Shown: positions 56,780-64,000 of the stretch, one piece after another | Layout: every line of letters begins with the position of its first letter | How positions within the stretch are numbered: the stretch's first letter is position 1 | DNA from: Thecamonas trahens ATCC 50062 | Lineage: Eukaryota > Protista > Apusomonadida | Assembly: GCF_000142905.1 (NCBI RefSeq) | Contig: NW_013657661.1 | Location: forward strand, 1 to 64,000 | DNA: 64,000 nt | Direction of reading: 5' to 3' | Position numbers and translations under genes: made by a program | Notes under the pieces: generated by a model | Databases searched by the model: none | The model's input: the letters and a program-made list of their open reading frames with translations, nothing else | What the model was told of the DNA's origin: nothing

Positions 56780-59700
56780 CTATGCCAACGTGGGGCGAAT
56801 GACCTGGACATCGCGCTCGTCGCCGTCGACGGGAACGACATGGAAGGCCTCGGTCGGCTCGCGCTCGCGCACAAAGACCGAGTCGAGGACAGCCTGAACC
56901 TTGGCCACTCTTGCGCCAGCGTTGGGCATGTGATCGTAGCCACGGACCTGGGCCTGGATCATGTCATCGCAGAGGACAGCCAGATCCATGACGTGCTGCG
57001 CGAGGACCGGCCCCGCGACCAGCTCGCTACTCGGCACGTCTTGCCACAGCGGCGAGCGCGCATACATGCCCGGCCGGACGTGGAGCCGAACCGTGTAAAG
57101 GCCTTCGCCGCGCGGCTGGATGACGATGCGAACGCAGGCCGACGACGGCGCCACGGCCTCGGACGCGCAAAAGACAACCGAGACAAGGCTCTCATCACGC
57201 CGCAAGCCCTTGTGCAAGCCACGGAGTCGCATCTTGATGCGCGAGACCGGCGAGGCCCACTGCCACTTGCCCTCCAGCGCCCCGGTCCGCTCCACAAACG
57301 CCAGGCCGTCGGCAAACAGGCTGCTTGCAAGGAGATCCTCACCGGCGAGCTCGTGCGCCGACGCGTCCACAAACGCCACGTCAATTTCGTGGACAGAGAA
57401 CGCCGTCGGCAGGCTGTCGAGCTCTCCAAGCGCTGCGTACACCGCCTGCCGGCTTACATCATCCTTGACTACCAGCCACTCGTTCGAGCCGTGCCCTCCG
57501 ACCGACCCACTCTCAAACGAGAACGGTGCCGGTACCAGGTGCGCCATCATCATTGACGCGTCAGTCGCCGCCCGTCCACCACCGCGCATTGACGGCATCG
57601 GCTCCATCGCCTCCTCTGCCGACACCTTGGCAGGGTACGGTGCCAGCTCGCCGTCGTCCACAAGGCTCGCTCGCTCGTCGCCACTCGACTCGTTCGCAGC
57701 CGCGGACACAGATACTGCTGCAGCGAGCGCCTCCGAGCTGCTCACCACACCGCGCGCCGCCGCGGCAATGGCGTCCATCGATCTAGACGCCGACATGCGC
57801 TTCCGCGGACGGGCTTCGCCGTCCCTCTTGCGCCTTCCTCCCGTCGCTCCGCTACCGAGTTGCCCAGCCTCGCCCGTGGAAGCGCCTCCTCGGTCGCCAG
57901 GTGCTCGAGGAGGCCGGCATCTTCGAGACCGCCAGCCTGCGGCTGGCTGCTGCTACTGCGGCTGCTCGCCGTCGGCTCCAGCGTTGGCAAGCCGGCTCGC
58001 GGCGAGCCCGGGTCGGTCGGCGGATGGATGTAGGCGTCGGACCAGCGCGGGTCGCGGGCGAGCATGCTCTCGATGCCACCGACGCCTGCGCCTGCGCTCG
58101 AGCTGCGTGCACCGCCTGACGATGAGCCCGAGCTCAGCGAGCGCGGCACAGAACCAGAGCCCCGAGCCGCTGGGCCCATCCACGGTGGGGCGGCGACGAC
58201 TGCTGCCGCGCGGGTGCTCTGGCTCGAGCCGCGGCGACCAAACACGGCCCGGCGGCGGGAGCGGACGTTCTTGACCACCCGCCCGCTCGGCGCCTCGCCA
58301 GCCCGGAACGGGTAGCGAACCAGTGCGGCGAGGCCTGGCGGCGCTGGCGGCGCCACAAAGCCGGGCACGAGCACCTCGTTCTCGATGGCGTGCTGCCACT
58401 CGAGGCGGCCAGCACCCGAGCGGACGGCAAGCACCGACCACGGCGACGCCGGATCCGGTCGCTCGATGGTGTAAATGGCGCCGCCGGCACCACGCTGGGC
58501 CCATATGGCTACAAACCGCGGGACGTCGACCGTGCCGAGCGCGTGCTCGCTCTCGTCGCGCCCAACCAATGAGCCGGCATACAGCATCGACGGCAGGAGC
58601 GCATCGGCGGTCCACAGTAGCATCCGCGCGTGGCGTGCAAGCAGTGGGCGGGTCTCGGCCACAGCCGACGCGTCAAAGACGCGCCACACGGCGGCACAAA
58701 TCCGGGCGTGGACGCCCGGTCGCAGCGTGGCAGGCACCACCGCGGCCACTTCAAGAACCGCACGGACACAGAGCGAGAGAAGAAGCGGCGGCGAGCCCGA
58801 GTCAATGATGTCGGACGAGGTTAGCGTGAGCGCAAAGGCCGAGAGTATAAAGTGGAAGAGACAGTCGAGCTCGACTTCACCAAGCCCGGCACAGACGCCG
58901 TCGACCCGACAGAGCCGGAGCACAAACCGCAGGAACGGAACAAGCCGCCGCGGCGAGTCGACCACCCGCGCCGTCTCTTTGCTGCTCCGGCTCTTCGGCC
59001 GCCGCGCAAACGGGAAGAGCTCATTAAGGAGCGCGGTGACGTGGGCCGCCGACCGCGCGCTCGCCATGCTTGTCGTCGCGCTCACCAGACTCGGCACATG
59101 GCGGAGGAGCTGGCTCCGCCACCGCCCACAGTTCATGAGCGCCCGCAGCGCCCGCAGAGCCGCATGTACCACAGCCATCGAGCTCGAGCTAAGGCCAACG
59201 TGAAGCGCAAAGAGAATGCGGTCGCCGAGCGCAGCACTGCCTTCGTCGTGGCTCGACCCGCGCTCGCTGCTGCCTCGGATCGAGACGGCCTCGGGCCACA
59301 AGCGGACAAAGAGGGCATCGACTCGGGCGTTGAGGGCATCGGCATCGGGCGTCACTGCCGGCGGCACCGCCACCGACCCGAGGTAGCCTGGACGGGCGGT
59401 GGCGAGGGCAAGGAGCTTGGCGAGGAGTGAGAGGCCGGCAGTCCGCAGCGTGTTGTCGTCGGCGGCCGGCACGCCATCGACCGACGCCGCAAACTGGCTG
59501 CCGCCGAGGAGGGCACATACCCGTGCCAAAACTGAGTGAACGTCGACACAGCCCATGACAGCCGAGTTGGAGACGAGTCCCTCGAGTCCCGAGAGCGCAG
59601 CCGAGAAAAGCTCGATCTTTGGCTCGGCCACCAAAAAGTCTAGCAGCGCGTGGAGAAGCGGCGTGAGGTCGAGGAGGCCCAGCGCGTACCGCCGCGCCTT

Positions 59701-62322
59701 GTCCGAAGAGCAGGTGAGGAAGACCGTGGCCTGGTCGCGCCACGTAATCTGGTACCCGTCGTCGGCCGAGATGCGCAGAACGGCCTGCATGAGCACTGAC
59801 CGCGCCGAGAGGTCAAGGCCAAGCGCAGACGCCTTGGCCAGCAGTCGGAGCAAGCAGCCGTACACGAGGCGGACATGATCGACTGGCAGCCGCGCGAGCT
59901 TGAATTCGAGGAGATACACGAGCGCGTTGAGGCTGGCCAGCGCTGCGCTTGAGCCCTGCAGCGAGGCGTGGCTCGGCGTGGCTTTGCGACTACTCACTAG
60001 CGGCGTGACCAGGACTCTCACGAGGCTGTGGAAGACGTCGCCGACGGCATCCTCGGCAAGCCGCCCGAGAAGGCCATACAGTTCGCTGATAAGCGCCGAA
60101 TCTTCAGGCACGGCCTCAAGCGCCTCAAATGCCGGCAGCAAGGCACGAACAAGCAGTGCCTCGCCGTAGCCGTGGCGAAACGCGTCGTAGAGCTCACCGA
60201 CGCCGCGGAGCGCACGCAGCACTACCGCCGGACGCGACTCGTGGACCAGGAAGCCGAGCGCAAACGCCCGCGCCGAGACAAGCCAGTCCGGGACGAGTGG
60301 CGAGAGGCGGGCAATGAGGTGGTCGGCGAGCGCAACGCCGCCGCGGACGCTCAGCACGGCCTTGTACTGCATTAGCAGCAGTAGGAGGAGCTGCGGTGGG
60401 TGGCGGGCCGAGCCGCCGACGGCCGAGGCGGACGACTCGCACGAGGTAAACGGGTTCGAGTAGGCTGAGAGCAGGATGTTCTCCAGAGCGCCAAGAATGG
60501 CCTTAAAGTTGGCGGCAAAGCCCGGGGCAGCCTGCGGCGGCGGCGACGCGAGCTCGGAGGAGATCTTGCGGGTTGATGACGCCGAGAACCGCGACCGCGA
60601 GTTAGCGTGCGAGAGCGGCGAGACCGGGGTCGAGAACGACGGCGTCGCTGCCTGCGAGAGCTCGGGCGACGAGAGCGTCATCGACCGCGACGAGAGCGAG
60701 GTTCGCGCCTGCGGCCGTGACGCGCTGGGCGATGTCTGGCCTGACCCCGGTTCGTACTCGGAGGTTGGCGAGAGGAGCGGGTCGCCCGACTCACCCGAGT
60801 CGGAGAGCATCATTCGCAGCCGCGACTCGTCGCCGCCGCTGGTTGGCAGGTTGCGAAGGAGGAGCGAGACCGAAAACGTCTGCGGCGAGTCGTAGAGCTC
60901 GGCAAACCACGAGAGAACAACAACAAGCTCGAGCACGCTGTCAAAGTGCTCGGCGCGGCCGACTTCGGCCTCGATGATGCGAAGCAGGGCGAGTGCAATC
61001 TCGGTGAGGAGCGGATGCGAGACAGCGAGGTCGGCCGGCGAGAGCGGTGCGGCAAGGTGACGCCGTAGCGTCCGCCGCGCCAGCCGGATCAGCGCCGCCA
61101 GCAGCGGGCCAAGCGGCTGCGGCGGTGCGTCGTCCGGCGGGTCCAGCGCAAGCCGCGTGGCAAAGAAGACCGTTCCGCGGAGGACCTCGATGACCCGCAG
61201 CGGGTTCGACGCCTTGTCAATAATGGCCAGCAGCGACGCCATCACACCCGTGTTCCCCTCGCGATGCATGACCTCAACTAGGAGCCGAAACGCCACCACA
61301 GTGTAGTCGGGGAGCGCTACAAGCCGCGCCAGTGCCACCACAACCGGCGTCCGCAGGCCTGGTGCGCCATCGATGACACAAGCGACAGTCACGGCCGGGT
61401 CGAGACACACAAGACATGCGTGGGCGAGGGCGTCAAATGAGGTCCGTGTCGCGAGGCCCACCACACACTGGACCAGCGTTCGCAGGTGGGCCTTGTCGAT
61501 CACGTGCGCCGAGGTAGAGAGGGCCAGGTACAAGATCTTGACAAGCCGAGTCAGCGACTGGACATGGGTTGCCGGCTCGCGCGACCACGCTCGCATCCAT
61601 TCGACAAACGAGTCGACCAGATCCGGCGCATACAGCGGGAGCGCCTTGCCGTCGTGGAGGAGGCGGACGAGGAGTGCAAGCATAAGCTCCGGATCCCGCG
61701 ACTGGAGCGCGTCGGTGATATGTACGGTGAGCGCCCGGGCGTGGGCAACTGTCAGGCTCTGGTACGCGATGGCGGTGTCGAGCAGGGAGTACACTGCGTG
61801 CCTCACCCCGGTATCATCAGCCTCTGCCAGATCGTCGACTGCATCCCAAACCAGCGGCCACTTTGGCAAGACATACAGCGCCAGCACGCGCACAACCAAG
61901 CGCAGAGCCCGCAATCGCTTGGCTACCGCCTGGCCCTTGGCCAGTAGTGTTAGACAATCCGCCATCATCTCTGCCGTTGCCGAATCGGTCAGGACCTCTG
62001 CCCGCGAGCTCTGCAGCCGAGCCGTCGGTTCCAGAGCAGCCGAAGGGACCGTAGTATCCAGCACAAACAGCGCACCACCACTGTGTGACAGAACAAGAGG
62101 AGGAGGAGGAGGAGCATGGGAGGTAGGCGACTGGGGCGGTGATCGAGGCCATGGACGACGTCTTGATAACGATGACGATGGTGACGGTGATGATGGCGGT
62201 GATGGGGACAAAGGTGCTGCTGGCGACGAAGAAGACGAAGCCGGCGCCGCCGCTCTTCGTCTGCTCTCACCGGCTTCCACCCGCAAAGTCAGTCTCCGAA
62301 GGGTGGCTTTGAACTGCTTCAT
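56780..62322 (-). CDS. TSC2: Tuberin (TSC2)-like protein with divergent C-terminal Rap/Ran-GAP domain; frameshift near 57880; an upstream exon is possible
   Basis: LLEFKLARLPVDHVRLVY, LLHALLDFLVAEPKIELFS and WSVLAVRSGAGRLEWQHAIEN resemble tuberin blocks. The C-terminal LD.LP...HEIDVAFV...VSVVF...VRIVIQP follows the RapGAP fold. Confidence 0.72.
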
Positions 62323-63107
62323 AAATGGTGTGTACCCGTAGGTGTATGTGGTGGGTGGGGGTGAAGGGGGGGGGAGTGGGGGTGGTGGTGGTGGTGGTGG
62401 TGGGTGAGGTGGTGGTGGGCGGCGGGGAGCGTGATCGGGGCGCAAGGGGGAAGGACGGGGGGGGGGGGGAGAGGGTGGGAGGGGGGGGAACAGANNNNNN
62501 NNNNNNNNNNNNNNNNNNNNNNNNNNNNNNNNNNNNNNNNNNNNNNNNNNNNNNNNNNNNNNNNNNNNNNNNNNNNNNNNNNNNNNNNNNNNNNNNNNNN
62601 NNNNNNNNNNNNNNNNNNNNNNNNNNNNNNNNNNNNNNNNNNNNNNNNNNNNNNNNNNNNNNNNNNNNNNNNNNNNNNNNNNNNNNNNNNNNNNNNNNNN
62701 NNNNNNNNNNNNNNNNNNNNNNNNNNNNNNNNNNNNNNNNNNNNNATGGCACTCGTACTGAGCGGGAATGGGAGGTATTCACCCTTACCAGTCATTCGGA
62801 TCCAGGTGCGGGCGGGGGCCATTTCGGTCGGTCGTCCTACGGCGGGCGGGCGGGCGGGCGGGCGGGGGGGGGGATACGAGTTGTTGGGTGCGCAGAGTGA
62901 TCTGGAGTGTGCTCTACGGTGAGCTGCATATCCTGGTCGACGACATCTCGATCGGCGACATCTGGATCGGCGACATCCGGATCGGCGGCAGCTTGAGCTG
63001 CAGCAAAGTGATCTGCCTGCAGCCTAATCGATGGCTTCCAACACTATTTTGCACTCAAGGTGACAGTCAGCTACGTGTCTTTGCGCGTCAGCGCATGTGT
63101 GGTGCTC

Positions 63108-63938
63108 TCAGTAGTACGACCGCGGCTTGTACGAGCGAGCAGTGACCGGCGGGAGGATAGTGGCGAGGTACGGGTCAGAGTAGCCATTGATGGGCAAGGT
63201 TCCCAGGACATGCGTTGGCATGTTATCGAAGAACTTGTGTGGCCGCTTCCGCCGCGCGTGTGCTTGTGCTAGAGTGCGGGCCTCGGCACGGCTCCGCGCC
63301 CCGGCCGCCACCTGTGTCTGCGGCCGGAGCTGCGATCTCGGCTGTGGCTCCACAATGACCGCAGTCGGCTGGACACCATGCTTGCCAGCGGCGGACGATG
63401 CCGGGCGAGGAGGAGTCTTTTGCAGGCACTGATGCGGCGGCGGAGCAGGCGCGGCCAGCGAGGCAGCGGCAGCAGCCGATGGAGGCGGCGGGATCCGGCG
63501 CGCTGGGCTTCCTGCCGGACGGACATGGAGCTCTGGCCGGCGTAGCAGCATTTTCTCTCGCCGCAGACCAACAAGCGACGTAGGCTTGACCGGATCCGGA
63601 AGTTTGAGCGGAGCCGGAGTCCGCGGCAGGCCGCGACTCTCGGCATCTTCTGATCTTGGAGTCCCCGGCTTGGGCAAAGGTGGGCGCTTGCGGAGCCTCA
63701 GCGCCATGCTCGGAGGCGCAGCATGTGGAAAACCAAGAGAATGTGCCGGACGTACGCTCTGTCTCGCCATCGGAAGTCGCGAAGCCCGCAGATCGCCTGC
63801 AGGCAGCGGCACAGGCGTGCTGGAAGTCAACCGGCCAGGCAGCGGAGGGAAGCCCCGCGGGGGTGGCTGTCTTGTCCGCGAGTATGTCCGCCCTGCCGGA
63901 GCAGGCGTAGCATACATGCTCACAATACTGTCGTCCAT
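63108..63938 (-). CDS. Pro/Arg-rich low-complexity hypothetical protein
   Basis: ATG-initiated 276-aa ORF with no recognisable domain. The true end is uncertain. Confidence 0.4.
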   Translation of the reverse strand: MDDSIVSMYATPAPAGRTYSRTRQPPPRGFPPLPGRLTSSTPVPLPAGDLRASRLPMARQSVRPAHSLGFPHAAPPSMALRLRKRPPLPKPGTPRSEDAESRGLPRTPAPLKLPDPVKPTSLVGLRREKMLLRRPELHVRPAGSPARRIPPPPSAAAAASLAAPAPPPHQCLQKTPPRPASSAAGKHGVQPTAVIVEPQPRSQLRPQTQVAAGARSRAEARTLAQAHARRKRPHKFFDNMPTHVLGTLPINGYSDPYLATILPPVTARSYKPRSYY

Positions 63939-64000
63939 GAACCCTCCCCAACCCGCAGTCTCTCTGCTAGCAGTGCGGTGTGTCCAAGCCGGTGCTGTAC

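Noticed and set aside
62935-62990. Three 15-bp repeats (atcggcgacatcNNg)
   Set aside because: Too short, and not assignable to a supported gene or element.

Overview
This is GC-rich, gene-dense, intron-poor eukaryotic nuclear DNA. It has GT-AG introns, poly-C/poly-G and (CA)n tracts in non-coding DNA, and five N gaps. Gene content and style resemble a protist, plausibly an apusomonad such as Thecamonas; that is inference only. About 25 protein-coding genes can be supported. Housekeeping genes: mitochondrial aconitase, a NifS/SCLY-like desulfurase, a DHHC acyltransferase, APH-1, 3-ketoacyl-CoA reductase, PEX2, RAD1, PRP6, an ACSBG-like ligase, HEATR3/Syo1, Vps68/TMEM50 and a TSC2-like gene. 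The most unusual elements are: (1) a gene whose C-terminus resembles phage MuF-associated PBECR (RelE/BECR-fold) nuclease toxin domains, located behind a tandemly duplicated bidirectional promoter; (2) a stand-alone DUF262/GmrS-like restriction-system domain; (3) an ATP sulfurylase-APS kinase apparently fused behind a type II membrane anchor and a Ser-Gly repeat stalk; (4) a PB1 plus tandem adenylyl cyclase protein whose two domains are complementarily degenerate; (5) an ATAD2 with three PHD fingers; (6) two integrin-alpha-propeller multipass membrane proteins; (7) an 8xCHRD surface protein; (8) a TSC2-like GAP domain lacking the catalytic Asn. About 14 frameshifts all need one added base and are most likely homopolymer under-calls. 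All family calls come from motif recognition by eye; no searches were run.
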